49,891 nt of DNA from Nanobdellota archaeon (GTDB lineage Archaea; Nanobdellota; Nanobdellia; Woesearchaeales; GW2011-AR9): assembly GCA_038044525.1 (NCBI GenBank), contig JBBSZV010000025.1, forward strand, positions 1-49,891, in the 5' to 3' direction. This document shows, piece by piece, positions 35,317 to 46,171 of the stretch. Position numbers and translations under genes: made by a program. A model generated the notes under the pieces. It was not told the DNA's origin. It made no database searches and saw only the letters and a program-made list of their open reading frames with translations. How positions within the stretch are numbered: position 1 is the stretch's first letter; each line of letters begins with the position of its first letter.

Positions 35317-37680
35317 TTATTTAACTAACCCAAGCTTTTTCAAACGAGAACTAATGGCCCCAGACTTTCTCTGAAATATTTCAGACAATTCAGAATTTGA
35401 TTTTCCTTGATGATGTAACTTCCTCATTTTTTCATCTGCTTCTGATGTCCAATGTTCGTAAGCATTTGGATATTTTTCTTTAATAATCTCTAATTTTTTA
35501 TGATAATTTGACTTTGGTAGTTCGCTACTTTTAACCGTTGGCTTTTCTTCTAGAACATACTTCATTCCTTTCTTAGTAATTCTCAAAGTTCCATCAATTT
35601 CCTCTTTCAAATGTTCGTTATTTATCAAACCTTCAAGAATCTTCTCTAAAACTATTTTTTTATCCTTGAATTGTTTTAAAATTTCGTGACAAGTTAAGTT
35701 AAATTTCCATCTACCACTAAACCGATGTAAATCGCCAACTAAAATATTTACAAAATCCTTCTTTGATATCCCTCTATCTCTGGCGATAGATTTTAATAGA
35801 ATAACTGGCAAAGCATCTTTAACTATATCAATCTTCAAATTTCTAATGAATTCAATCTCTTCATCACTAGCATGATTTTCGTTGATTTCTGGTTTTATCC
35901 TTTCAGCCAATTTGTCACCAACACAATAAGAACACATTTCACAATCATCCCTTAAATGTGGCTCATCAAAATATTCCAGAATGTTTTTTCTTATGCATCC
36001 TTGTTTGGCAATGCTTTTGATTAGCAAATCTACTTTACCTAAATCACGGTTTAATATGGAATCAAAGAGATTGACCAATGGAATAATGTCAAAATGATTT
36101 ATTCCATCTTTTATCCAAATAAGGTCTTTACGCATAATCTCTGAGAATTTAAGATAGTTCTCTTTTCTTAATTCATTTATGATTTCCAAAATTCTAAAAT
36201 AATTCAATCCCGTTTGGTCAACTAATTCTTCTAAAACAAGCCAAGTTCTTCTGTTATTTTTAAAGAAATCACAAGAAAATATCTTTTTTAAGTCCGATTC
36301 ATACTTTGGATTTTTTTCAATAATCTTAGAATAACTTTCACCGAATAAAGGCTTAACTTGATAAATAATGTTTGTAAATACTTTTATTGCTCCAGATTCT
36401 TCCAATCTATGCAAAATTAGGTTAACAGGTATCTCCTTAATATCGCAATCAAAACAAATTTTTTTAGCTGTTGTAAAAATATATTTGCTATTTCTACTTT
36501 TTAGATAGGATATTATATTCTTTATTTTGTGTTCATCAGGCCAACTACTGGATATTAAATCCTTAATTTTACTCTCATCAGTTTTTGTAAATAAGACGAT
36601 ACAATTAGAAATATCTCCATCCCTTCCTGCTCTTCCAATTTCTTGGTAATAATTTTCTATTGATTGAGGAATATTATAGTGGATTATATTTCTTATATCT
36701 GCTTTATCAATTCCCATGCCAAAAGCTATGGTAGCTACGATTACTCTGGCCTCTCCTGAAATAAACTGATTTTGTATCTTTTCTCTGATTTCCTTATCTA
36801 GTCCAGCATGATAATGAACACTATTGACTCCATTGGAATTTAAGATCTCTGATATTTTCTCGGAAGTGGTTCTGTAAGTTACAAAAATAATAGTTGATCC
36901 TTTCAACTGCTTTAATAAGCTAACTAAGAATAACTCTTTTTTAACATTTTTTTCTAATTGAAGAACATCAATATAGAGGTTTGGACGGTCAAAAGATGCT
37001 TTAAATACTTTACATTGAGTTTTAAACTGTTTTTGTATATCCTTCTCTACATCTTTTGTTGCTGTTGCAGTAAGTGCCAAAATTTGAGGATTATTCAGTT
37101 CTTCAATAATTTCTGGAATCCTTAAATAATCTGGTCTGAAATTATGCCCCCATGTTGAAATGCAATGGGCTTCATCAATTACAAATAAGCCAATATCTAA
37201 TTTTTTTAGCACTTCTAGAATTCTTTCTGATTTTAAGCTTTCTGGGGCAAGGTACAATAATTTTACTTTTTTCTTTTCTACTAAGTCTATAATCTTTTCT
37301 TTGGTATTCTCCGAAATCGAAGAATTTACAAAAAAAGCAGTATAAATCCCTTTTTTGGTTAGATTGTCTATCTGATCTTTCATCAAGGCAATTAATGGAC
37401 TTACAACAATAGTAAGATTTTCTCGAATCAAAGCCGGAATCTGAAAACAAACTGATTTTCCGCCGCCAGTTGGCATAATGCCTAATGTGTTACCTTCTCT
37501 ATTAAGGATTCTTGTAATAATCTCTAATTGTTGAGGTTTGAATCCATTATGACCAAATATATTTTTGAGTATATCAAGTGGTTTTGAAGAAGAAAAATCA
37601 AACTTATTATTTTCAGCTTTTAAGATTGAATTAAGTAGCTTTTGCTCGTAATTTTCAAGAGTTTCTTCTGGTTTAATCAT
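35317..37680 (-). CDS. RecQ-family ATP-dependent DNA helicase with C-terminal wHTH extension
   Basis: 787 aa. Walker A PTGGGKS, DEAH box (VIDEAHC), RecQ Zn-binding/RQC-like region, and an extended C-terminus. Confidence 0.85.
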   Translation of the reverse strand: MIKPEETLENYEQKLLNSILKAENNKFDFSSSKPLDILKNIFGHNGFKPQQLEIITRILNREGNTLGIMPTGGGKSVCFQIPALIRENLTIVVSPLIALMKDQIDNLTKKGIYTAFFVNSSISENTKEKIIDLVEKKKVKLLYLAPESLKSERILEVLKKLDIGLFVIDEAHCISTWGHNFRPDYLRIPEIIEELNNPQILALTATATKDVEKDIQKQFKTQCKVFKASFDRPNLYIDVLQLEKNVKKELFLVSLLKQLKGSTIIFVTYRTTSEKISEILNSNGVNSVHYHAGLDKEIREKIQNQFISGEARVIVATIAFGMGIDKADIRNIIHYNIPQSIENYYQEIGRAGRDGDISNCIVLFTKTDESKIKDLISSSWPDEHKIKNIISYLKSRNSKYIFTTAKKICFDCDIKEIPVNLILHRLEESGAIKVFTNIIYQVKPLFGESYSKIIEKNPKYESDLKKIFSCDFFKNNRRTWLVLEELVDQTGLNYFRILEIINELRKENYLKFSEIMRKDLIWIKDGINHFDIIPLVNLFDSILNRDLGKVDLLIKSIAKQGCIRKNILEYFDEPHLRDDCEMCSYCVGDKLAERIKPEINENHASDEEIEFIRNLKIDIVKDALPVILLKSIARDRGISKKDFVNILVGDLHRFSGRWKFNLTCHEILKQFKDKKIVLEKILEGLINNEHLKEEIDGTLRITKKGMKYVLEEKPTVKSSELPKSNYHKKLEIIKEKYPNAYEHWTSEADEKMRKLHHQGKSNSELSEIFQRKSGAISSRLKKLGLVK

Positions 37681-37993
37681 TTAATTGTTGGAATAATATG
37701 GGTTTTATAAAGATTTAGTTCTTCTTCTATTTTCCTTCAAAGTATTTTCTGATTAGATAACCATACCGTTCAATTAATTCCTTGTCTACTCTAATAAATC
37801 TCTCATCTTCTAAAGGAAATAATTTCTCGCTTTTCACAAATTCTTTAACTCTAGATATTCTAAAATGTGGTTTATCATAGGAAATAATCATTAATCTACT
37901 TTCGGCCCAATCTTTTCCTAAGGTAGCTTGGGAGTTTTAGTTACTAACAGATTAACACAAACATTTATATAATAGTTATAGCTAGATTAAGTT

Positions 37994-38614
37994 ATGAAAA
38001 AAAGAGAGCTTCTCCAAAAACTAGCTGGAATCCAAACCATAGAGTCAGTTATGGATATACTCAAAGTTGATAAAAGAATGGCTATTTATTACCTCTACGT
38101 TCTTAGAAAAGATGGTTATGTCAAAACCAGAAGACAAAGTAATAATCGAAGAGTTTACAATATATCTTTAGATAATAAACTGGGGGGTAAAAGTTACTAT
38201 GATATTATTAACCGATATTCTCCGATTAAGATTTCCACGCCAGTAATTCACAAAATTTATGGTAAAGAACCAAGTTTAGAAGAAACTTTAATTTACGCCA
38301 TCAAAACTAAAAGCCTTAGAACAATTCTCGCTTCTTTAGCCTTGTTCAAAAAAATTAATAATTGGGTGGAATTATACCATCTTTCTAAAGAGAATCATAT
38401 TGAAAGACAAGTTGGGGCTTTATATGATCTAGCCCGTAGTATCATAAAAGTAAGAAAAATGACCACTAAATTTAGAAGTAGTGCTCTCTCCAAAGAAAAA
38501 TATAAATTTGAATATGTTATTCCAGAATTAAAATCGAGAGACTTTACGAAAATAGAAAGAGTATGGAAAATCCATCTCCCATTCAATAAAAAAGATTTAG
38601 AGGAATACCGATGA
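37994..38614 (+). CDS. Hypothetical protein with N-terminal wHTH
   Basis: 206 aa. Overlaps the downstream NTase-like gene by 4 nt. Confidence 0.4.
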   Translation: MKKRELLQKLAGIQTIESVMDILKVDKRMAIYYLYVLRKDGYVKTRRQSNNRRVYNISLDNKLGGKSYYDIINRYSPIKISTPVIHKIYGKEPSLEETLIYAIKTKSLRTILASLALFKKINNWVELYHLSKENHIERQVGALYDLARSIIKVRKMTTKFRSSALSKEKYKFEYVIPELKSRDFTKIERVWKIHLPFNKKDLEEYR

Positions 38615-39267
38615 TTACCATAGATCAACAACAAAAATTATTATTAAATGTAGCCAGAAGACTTACTAAAAAAATAACTGTTTATGCCATCGGAGGGACG
38701 GCTATGATGTTCCTCGGGTTTAAAGATGCAACTTTAGACATCGATCTTGTCTTTGAGAATGAGAAAGATAGGGCAATATTCAAAGAGGCAGTAAAATCTC
38801 TTGGTTATTTAGAAATGGATGCAATTAAAATTTATGGTACAAAGAGAAATACCCCGGAGATGTTTAAACTAAACGATGAACGTTTTGATTTGTTTGTAGT
38901 AGAAGTAATAGATTTCATCTTCTCAGAAAATATGAGAAAAAGAGCAGAACAAATTCACCAATTTGAAAAAAATTTAATCTTAAAAATAGCTAATCCGCAT
39001 GACCTTATTCTTATGAAATGTGCTACCGACAGAATAAAAGATAAAGATGACGCTCGAAAAATTATCAATTCAACAAAGATTGAGTGGGATATTATTATAG
39101 AAGAGGCTAAAAATCAAACCACTCTAGGAAAAGAAAGAGCAGTATTTGATCTAACTGGTTTTTTGGAAGACCTTAGAAAAATTGGCGTGAACATCCCTTC
39201 TGAGATTATGGGAAGGCTCTTTGAACTAATCGAAAAACAAGTCAAAGAGAAAAAGAAAAATCTATAG
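38611..39267 (+). CDS. Nucleotidyltransferase-fold protein
   Basis: 218 aa. GG-x8-G...DIDLV pattern (YAIGGTAMMFLGFKDATLDIDLV). Confidence 0.45.
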   Translation: MITIDQQQKLLLNVARRLTKKITVYAIGGTAMMFLGFKDATLDIDLVFENEKDRAIFKEAVKSLGYLEMDAIKIYGTKRNTPEMFKLNDERFDLFVVEVIDFIFSENMRKRAEQIHQFEKNLILKIANPHDLILMKCATDRIKDKDDARKIINSTKIEWDIIIEEAKNQTTLGKERAVFDLTGFLEDLRKIGVNIPSEIMGRLFELIEKQVKEKKKNL

Positions 39268-39479
39268 GGAAGTAATTCTGATTCTCCCGCACGAATTTGA
39301 CTCTGCTTCGCAGTAATTGATTAGAATTAAAGTAAGAAAAAACTACGTTAGTCCCTAAAGTCTCGGCAATGGAAAAAATCCCTGCCTGGCCCGGTCGGTG
39401 GATGACCTGCTGAAAGATCTTTCTCCGGAAAAATCCCCAGAATAGTTTTTTAAAAGAAAATTATCGGATCTCTTATCGA

Positions 39480-41192
39480 TCATCTGCTGCTTTTTCTATA
39501 CATCTGCTCGATCTCTTTTCTGGTGGTGGCCTGTTCCGCTTTCTTATCGTCCCTGAAGCGGATAAATCTTGGAAAGCGTAATGCTAATCCTAAAGCGTGG
39601 CTGGGGCTTTTGGTTATTTCCGCCGCCAATACTTCCACTACCAGCACCGGTTCCAGCCACACTTCCGGTTTTATCTGGCTCACCGCTACCCGCGCCGGCT
39701 TTTTGTCTCTCTGGTATTCTTTAAATTTGCCGGGCAGCTCCGCCAGCATCTCGTCAGTCAATCCCGTCCCTAATTTAGTGACGGTCTCAAAAATATCCTC
39801 TTTTTCATGGTAACTTGCGCACAGCAATGCGCCATAAGTGCCGGAACGTTTTCCCTTGCCGTGGAATGCGCCGACCACGACCAGATCAAAGGTATCGGTC
39901 ATCTCTTTTTGATACTCTTTCTTCCACTTGATCCAGTTCCAGCCCCGCGTCCCGGCCTGATATTCTGAATCCACGGATTTGATCATTATGCCTTCCTGTT
40001 TTTCCTTCAGCATCTTCTGGAAAAAAGCATTTACGTCTGCTAAATCGTCGGTGATAATCCGGTCGGCCAGCGTGATATGCTTTCCCTTCGTCACCGCTCC
40101 GACCAGCCGTTCCGTCCTTTCAGAGTAAGGCTGATGGAGGTACGATTTTCCATCAAGATACAGGAGATCAAACAATTTTAACTGCACCGGAACTTTTTTA
40201 ACATATTCTTCGATGTCCGTCTTCCGTTTGCGCTGCATCAACACTTGAAAGTGCAGCGGCTGACCTTCTTTATCTATAGCGATAATCTCCCCTTCGATGA
40301 TGTATTCCTTGCCGGAAACATGTTCTTTCAGGTATTTCACCACGTCCGGAAATTGTCCGGTGATATTCTCCATCCGCCGTGAAAAAATAGTGATTTTATC
40401 CTTATTCTTGTGGACCTGCATCCTTTCGCCGTCGTACTTCGCTTCTATCGCCAGTTTGCCGGGAATCTTTACGGCTGCCTCTTCCAATGCCTCTACCCGC
40501 TGCGCTAACATCATCTTGATCGGGCGGCCTACCTGCACGTCGATCTTTTCGATGCCTTTCAACCCTTTCTTGGCTAACGTTTCTGCGATGATGCCTACGT
40601 CGGGGCAGAGGTTGTATGCTTTTTCCAATGATTCCTTGTCCTTCTTGTCGCCGGTATAGGCGATAGCCAGCGAATCAAGCATCGTCATGTCTGCAACACC
40701 CATGCGTAAAGTGCCGAGCGCGATCCTGACGATGTATTTTGCCCCTTTCGGCGATGCTTTCTGCAGCAGGCCGACTAAAATGTTTATTTTTGTTTCCTGC
40801 GATCCGGTGCCGCTCGCTTCAGTGATCTTATGCAGTTTTTCAAAGACTTCTTTCACGCTCAGTTTTCCTAAAGGCACGAGAGTCTGCGGTTTTTTCTGCA
40901 GTGATTTCTCTGCTGTCAACCCGGCATCTCCGGTTTCCTGCATGGATCTGGCGGTTTTTGATTCCTCAACTCCGGCAGCTTTGGCGACAGCTTTAAGGAT
41001 GGATTTCTCTGCCAGCCCTAAAACAACATCTTCATATTCAGATGCGATGCGGCCTAAGGTCAGATAACTGATTACTTTGATGTCTTCTGCGGGAACCTCC
41101 TTAAAGAAACCGGAAAGGATTTCCCGTATCTTATTGCCGGAAGAAGTATTTTCCATTTCCTGATACAGATCGACCAGCTTTTGAAAATCCAT
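39480..41192 (-). CDS. lig: ATP-dependent DNA ligase
   Basis: 570 aa. Motif I KYDGER (adenylation lysine) and archaeal/eukaryotic ligase domain order. Confidence 0.85.
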   Translation of the reverse strand: MDFQKLVDLYQEMENTSSGNKIREILSGFFKEVPAEDIKVISYLTLGRIASEYEDVVLGLAEKSILKAVAKAAGVEESKTARSMQETGDAGLTAEKSLQKKPQTLVPLGKLSVKEVFEKLHKITEASGTGSQETKINILVGLLQKASPKGAKYIVRIALGTLRMGVADMTMLDSLAIAYTGDKKDKESLEKAYNLCPDVGIIAETLAKKGLKGIEKIDVQVGRPIKMMLAQRVEALEEAAVKIPGKLAIEAKYDGERMQVHKNKDKITIFSRRMENITGQFPDVVKYLKEHVSGKEYIIEGEIIAIDKEGQPLHFQVLMQRKRKTDIEEYVKKVPVQLKLFDLLYLDGKSYLHQPYSERTERLVGAVTKGKHITLADRIITDDLADVNAFFQKMLKEKQEGIMIKSVDSEYQAGTRGWNWIKWKKEYQKEMTDTFDLVVVGAFHGKGKRSGTYGALLCASYHEKEDIFETVTKLGTGLTDEMLAELPGKFKEYQRDKKPARVAVSQIKPEVWLEPVLVVEVLAAEITKSPSHALGLALRFPRFIRFRDDKKAEQATTRKEIEQMYRKSSR

Positions 41193-41649
41193 GCCTTTGC
41201 GAATAAGTTTTGGTTATTTAAATCTTAACAGATAGTTTTTTATAGCTCTTGTAATCATAAGCAGGGTGGCAAAAGTATTAAACGAAATCGGGCGCAGGAT
41301 AGCTCTTACAGACATCTTGGCAGATCTGGAAAAAGATGGATATAAACCGGCATCTTTGTTGCGATTCGCGGCCAGAGCGGCATGGCGAGTGATGGGCGAT
41401 CTGGAAGCAGCGACCGTAAGTGCGTATCTTATCACCGTCCAGCCAGATGATGCTTTAAGATATGGCCTGATCGGCGCAGGCGGAATGATGGGGGCATATC
41501 TTGCTGATTATCTTATTTTTGAACAATTACTACCGAAAATAAACGCGTTGGGCAAGAAAGACTGATTCCCAACAGGATTTTGATTACCGCTAAATATATA
41601 AAATGTAAAATTATTTCTTCTAAATGATGTTCGGATGAGAGTTGATTAG

Positions 41650-42897
41650 ATGGCAGAGTTAGTTTTGATTGGCAATTTCTTATTGGCATTAGCTTTGGGT
41701 TCATTGATAGGATTAGAACGGGAATATGCGCGGCATAGGAAGAAAGCCCACGATTATGCCGGCATCAGGACTTTCCCACTGATAGCTTTGTTCGGAGCGC
41801 TTTCGGCATTCTTCAGCGAGACCATCAATCCTTGGCTTATGATCGCCGGGATAGTCTTGATGGGCGCTTTGATCATCGTCTCTTATTTTGTGCTTTCCAC
41901 CGGCAACCGGGAATTCCACGGCGCAACATCGGAAGTGGCCGGCTTCCTGACTTTTTTTATCGGCGTTCTTTCGTATCTCGGCGAAATAAAATTGGCGGTG
42001 CTTTTAACCGTCGTCATCACTATAATCCTTTATTCCCGTTCCATGCTCCATCATTTCGCAGAACATCTGAAGAAAGAGGAACTGCGCAGCACTTTGATAT
42101 TCGCCCTGATCGCTTTTGTCATCCTGCCTTTTCTTCCCAACCAAGGCTATGGGCCGTATGCTTTGTTCAACCCGTATATTTTCTGGCTGATGGTGGTTTT
42201 CATCTCCGGCATCAGTTTTGCTGGGTACATCCTGATGAAATGGTTCGGCGAAAAAAGTGTCTTATTTACTGGTATTTTAGGCGGTTTAGCCAGCAGCACT
42301 GCAGTTACGTCAAGTTTTGCCGAACGGAGCAAACAACATCATACTATGTATAAAGCTTTAGCTGTAGGGGTGATTCTTGCCAACGGGGTGATGTTCGGAA
42401 GAGTATTATTAGAATTGTTTGTCTTAAATAGATCTTTGTTTCTTAGTCTCCTTCCGATAATGGTAGTTTTGATTCTGGTTACCGGTTTAGCATCTTACTT
42501 ACTATTGAAACGTGCGCAGAATATCTCGGAAAAAATTAAATTAAAATCGCCGTTCACATTAAAGCCGGCATTGAAATTTGCGGGGATATTCGCTTTAGTG
42601 CTGGCTTTTCTTAAATTTGCGGAAATTTATATCTCATCCAGCAAGGGCGTGTATATTGTAAGTTTTCTTTCCGGGCTGGCAGATACTGATGCTATTACTA
42701 TTTCGTTGGCGCAGGCAGCAGGAAATTCTATATCTTATGGAACTGCGCGTAACGGCATAATCCTTGGTGTGTTGGCAAACGTTGCTACGAAAGGGTGCAT
42801 CGCTTTTGTTTTCGGAGAAAAGAAATTCAGCAGCATAGTTCTGGGCATCTTTTTACTGCTTATCTTGGTGGGGCTGGGGCTGATATTCATATTATAA
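41650..42897 (+). CDS. MgtC/SapB family + DUF4010 membrane protein
   Basis: 415 aa, about 10 TM segments. N-terminal LGSLIGLEREY motif typical of MgtC. Confidence 0.65.
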   Translation: MAELVLIGNFLLALALGSLIGLEREYARHRKKAHDYAGIRTFPLIALFGALSAFFSETINPWLMIAGIVLMGALIIVSYFVLSTGNREFHGATSEVAGFLTFFIGVLSYLGEIKLAVLLTVVITIILYSRSMLHHFAEHLKKEELRSTLIFALIAFVILPFLPNQGYGPYALFNPYIFWLMVVFISGISFAGYILMKWFGEKSVLFTGILGGLASSTAVTSSFAERSKQHHTMYKALAVGVILANGVMFGRVLLELFVLNRSLFLSLLPIMVVLILVTGLASYLLLKRAQNISEKIKLKSPFTLKPALKFAGIFALVLAFLKFAEIYISSSKGVYIVSFLSGLADTDAITISLAQAAGNSISYGTARNGIILGVLANVATKGCIAFVFGEKKFSSIVLGIFLLLILVGLGLIFIL

Positions 42898-42913
42898 GGA
42901 TGAAACGGACAAA

Positions 42914-43456
42914 ATGGCTGATATAGTTTGTTCACCGGCAGAATTTTTTACCGAAACCATCGAGCAGGCAATCGACAGGCATCAGGCAGATGTTTCTAAG
43001 CCGGCCAGAAAATATTTAGTTGAGATGCTGCAACGATTTTTGGATACTCCGCTTGCGCTTGATGAACCAATAACTTTTCAGTATCAAAGAACCCTGACAG
43101 AAACCTATCGGCTCCGCCAACAGCAGCAGCGTGAATTAGGGGATCATTGCTTGTTCTTGGTAGGTTATTTCTATGATTTTGTGCGCAGGGAAGGGCAGTC
43201 AAATGTGCACTACTATGCGCAGATAGGTTCTGCCGCTTATCAGAAAGCGGGCCGGCATCCTTTTACCGAGATGTCGCGGGAATTTGAGACGCTTTACTTA
43301 GTCATCGGCGATCTGCATCTGCCGGAACTGGATACGGAAGAGAAAGTCATGGAAATCTATGAGCGGTGGCTGAAAACCGACGGGGATAAATATTACGAAT
43401 CCTTACTGCTGGGCAAGGGGATTGTCCCGCAAAAGATCAAGCTGGACAGCAATTGA
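42914..43456 (+). CDS. Hypothetical protein
   Basis: 180-aa ORF. Confidence 0.4.
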   Translation: MADIVCSPAEFFTETIEQAIDRHQADVSKPARKYLVEMLQRFLDTPLALDEPITFQYQRTLTETYRLRQQQQRELGDHCLFLVGYFYDFVRREGQSNVHYYAQIGSAAYQKAGRHPFTEMSREFETLYLVIGDLHLPELDTEEKVMEIYERWLKTDGDKYYESLLLGKGIVPQKIKLDSN

Positions 43457-43518
43457 ACGCCAACCCGGCGGGAAAACTCTGCATAATCGCTGGCAGCGGC
43501 CAGTAGTATCAGTAATAA

Positions 43519-43773
43519 TTAGTAATATTCCAGCTGCGGCTTATCTTTCTTTTCACTTTTTTGAGTTAAATTAAGAAAAGAGCTGAAATCAGGGGCATTT
43601 CCTTTAGTCTCGACGGTTCCTTTCTGCTCATCCGAAAACATCCCCATCAGGTTAGTAGTATCGGCAGCCGGAGATGCCGAAGAATCTTTCTTTTCCAGGA
43701 TGGAAGTTAAAATCTGCAAAACTTTACGTATATCCTCATGCGTATCCACTTGAGTATCGATGGTAAGTTTCAT
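43519..43773 (-). CDS. Hypothetical small protein
   Basis: 84-aa ORF. Confidence 0.3.
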   Translation of the reverse strand: MKLTIDTQVDTHEDIRKVLQILTSILEKKDSSASPAADTTNLMGMFSDEQKGTVETKGNAPDFSSFLNLTQKSEKKDKPQLEYY

Positions 43774-43814
43774 CTGTGCACCAGTGGATAGAAAATCAAA
43801 GAAGTTTAATAAGT

Positions 43815-45296
43815 TTATTGTTCTTTTGGCTTTTTAATGGCTGCATCAAGTGCTTTTCCCAGCGCTTCTGTTAACCCCCCTTCAAATGCTTTGCAGGCAT
43901 CTGGCGATTTAGTAAAAATATGATTTGCTTCGTGGGCATACGTCTGCAAAAAATTTTCTGCAGTTTGAAGACATCTTCGATTGATATATATTCTTGGCTG
44001 TTGATTTTGGCCAAAATAACTCATGCCATTAAACCAAGTAACATCGCCGTGCTTATCATAGGCGCGGGAGAAAATCCGGACTTCCGCCGGCAGGGGGCGG
44101 CCAAACATTATCTTGTCTGCCTGATGGCGCAGTTCATAAACATTCTTCTGTTCAGGAGACAGGTTTTCTAAAGAAACAAGATCATAACTCGGCGAATAAT
44201 TTAGTGCCTTATCTGCAGTTTTTATGCCTGCTGAGACCAATAGTGTATGCAAACCATAAGGAATATCCTTGACTACTGAGTAGCCCTGCGCCTGTGCATC
44301 TTCATTAATATGGGTGTTATTCCGGTCCCTCAAAATTGCTTTTGGTCCGTACAATTGATGGAAGGCATCCTGCCATAATTTTGGGCACACCGGCTGGTCT
44401 AAAGAACTGAAATAAATATCTTTTTCAAAACATTCAGGGGTAAAATGATTTAAAAGTGGTTTTATGAGCGCAATGTTGTCAAAATTTAAGATGATCTCTT
44501 TTAAAATCTGTTCCAGTTTCTGTTCCAAAACCAGATCCCGGTCTGGTGTAAGAAGCGAATCGGCCGCTTTGCCATTTATCTGGTAGGTAAGATAGGTCGG
44601 TTTGTCCAGAAAATATTTTGTTCTTTTGACAAAAAGTTCTCCAGCAAATAATCGCTCGGGCAGAAATACTTTATGTTTGGGATGGCATCCTTTCAAGCTG
44701 CGTGAAGGTGCAAGATCCTTGCGAAAATCAATGATCCGTTCCGCAAATGAACAGATATGTTCCACCAATTCTTTCGGAGGGTTTCTGATAAGAGTGTAAG
44801 ACCCCTTCATCGCCTCATATCCTTCAGTAACTTCCTGACATAAAAGGAAGGTTTTCTTTTCTTCCTTAGGCAGATATAATTCTTTCATCATCGGCCGGAC
44901 CGACCAATCTTTAGAATGGAATGAAATATCAACTTTATGCCGCAGACAAGTAGCAGAGATCATTTTCAATCCCTCTCCGAATTTTCCCGTCTGTGTCTCC
45001 CGATCTTTTTTATTGCTGTGATGAAGGACGGTATAAATATAGTCGTATCCGGTCCCGTCATCGCAAAAATATACTTCTTCTACCGGTTTTTTAGGCTCAT
45101 GACTGCGAAAATCAATGTTTTTTCCGTCCTCGACGAAAATGATCCAAAAATTCTTTCCGCCGCAGTCTTCTGGAAAATGGTTGCTGATGCCGTCAAACGC
45201 AACCCTTTCATATCCCCATTTTTCAGCACGGTAATCTAAGGTGCTCCAGGTTTCCAGAACCTTGGTTTCCAAGGAAGTTTCTTCAGTTTGAGTCAT
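43815..45296 (-). CDS. GHKL (Bergerat-fold) ATPase-like protein with C-terminal HExxH motif
   Basis: 493 aa. DDGTGY (G1 box) followed by GKFGEGLK (G2 box) in the N-terminal third. HEANH near the C-terminus. Confidence 0.45.
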   Translation of the reverse strand: MTQTEETSLETKVLETWSTLDYRAEKWGYERVAFDGISNHFPEDCGGKNFWIIFVEDGKNIDFRSHEPKKPVEEVYFCDDGTGYDYIYTVLHHSNKKDRETQTGKFGEGLKMISATCLRHKVDISFHSKDWSVRPMMKELYLPKEEKKTFLLCQEVTEGYEAMKGSYTLIRNPPKELVEHICSFAERIIDFRKDLAPSRSLKGCHPKHKVFLPERLFAGELFVKRTKYFLDKPTYLTYQINGKAADSLLTPDRDLVLEQKLEQILKEIILNFDNIALIKPLLNHFTPECFEKDIYFSSLDQPVCPKLWQDAFHQLYGPKAILRDRNNTHINEDAQAQGYSVVKDIPYGLHTLLVSAGIKTADKALNYSPSYDLVSLENLSPEQKNVYELRHQADKIMFGRPLPAEVRIFSRAYDKHGDVTWFNGMSYFGQNQQPRIYINRRCLQTAENFLQTYAHEANHIFTKSPDACKAFEGGLTEALGKALDAAIKKPKEQ

Positions 45297-45430
45297 TTGT
45301 CATCCGATCGCTGGATATCTTATTAAATTTAAGGCAGCCATATATATTTTTGATGTATATGCCTTATCGGCATATCCCCTATTATGCCTATTTTGGCTGA
45401 TAATCCGGTTATTTTATGTCAGTTTTACTT

Positions 45431-46060
45431 CTACGTTTTCATCATCCGCCATAAACCCACATCAACCATCTGTAAGGGCTTCTCGTGGAACTTAAATACG
45501 GCTTTGATGGGAAATTCATACCGCCAGACATCGGAGATTTTAAATCCATGATCTTTAGCTATGGCTTCCACAAATTTCTGGGTGCTCCACTTGTGCATGC
45601 TGTAAACTATCGGGGCGGCGGCAAATGCTTTCTCCAAAAATTTCTTATCAGCGTGTTCCTGCTTGGTGCCGAAGGGCGGATTCTGCACCATTATATCAAC
45701 CTCATCGTCAAATAAGCTGATATCGTGGGTGATGAACTCGGCTGCCCCGATTTCGTATTCTTCCTTCAGGAAATCATAATTCTCATGACAGATCTGCATG
45801 ATCTCTGCGTCCTTATCGATGAAAATAACCTGTTTAGCGCCCATCAGCAGCAATCCCAGCCCTAATATGCCCGGGCCGCAGCCAGCATCAGCGATAGTTT
45901 TGCCGGCAACTTCTCCTTTCATAGCCATATTCCAAACCCATTCCGCCGCTATATTGCTGGAGGTAGGATATTGTTCCAGCAGGAAAGAAGGTTTTTCATA
46001 TACTTTTAATTTACTGAGGACGATTTCTAAATCTTTTTTGGAGCGGATAGTCATGATCAA
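45431..46060 (-). CDS. METTL5-like (COG2263) N6-adenine RNA methyltransferase
   Basis: 209 aa. SAM-binding DAGCGPGILG and the NPPF catalytic motif. Confidence 0.7.
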   Translation of the reverse strand: MIMTIRSKKDLEIVLSKLKVYEKPSFLLEQYPTSSNIAAEWVWNMAMKGEVAGKTIADAGCGPGILGLGLLLMGAKQVIFIDKDAEIMQICHENYDFLKEEYEIGAAEFITHDISLFDDEVDIMVQNPPFGTKQEHADKKFLEKAFAAAPIVYSMHKWSTQKFVEAIAKDHGFKISDVWRYEFPIKAVFKFHEKPLQMVDVGLWRMMKT

Positions 46061-46171
46061 ATTTCACCAGTTTGCGGCATACCTAATGATAACGGCTTAT
46101 TTTAAAAAACTTGTTCAGTTAAAGGCTTGTCCGGAAATCCGTCTGCCTGGAGAAGAGGCGGGGAGCAGGGT

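Noticed and set aside
37728-37938. Unannotated minus-strand ORF of ~70 codons (from Met, 52 aa: MIISYDKPHFRISRVKEFVKSEKLFPLEDERFIRVDKELIERYGYLIRKYFEGK) just upstream of recQ
   Set aside because: There is no Met start before the final 52 codons and no recognisable family. It could be a small protein or gene remnant, but the evidence is too thin to call it a feature.
41214-41565. Overlapping small ORFs 41214..41435(-) and 41266..41565(+)
   Set aside because: They are mutually exclusive and neither has recognisable features. I left both uncalled.
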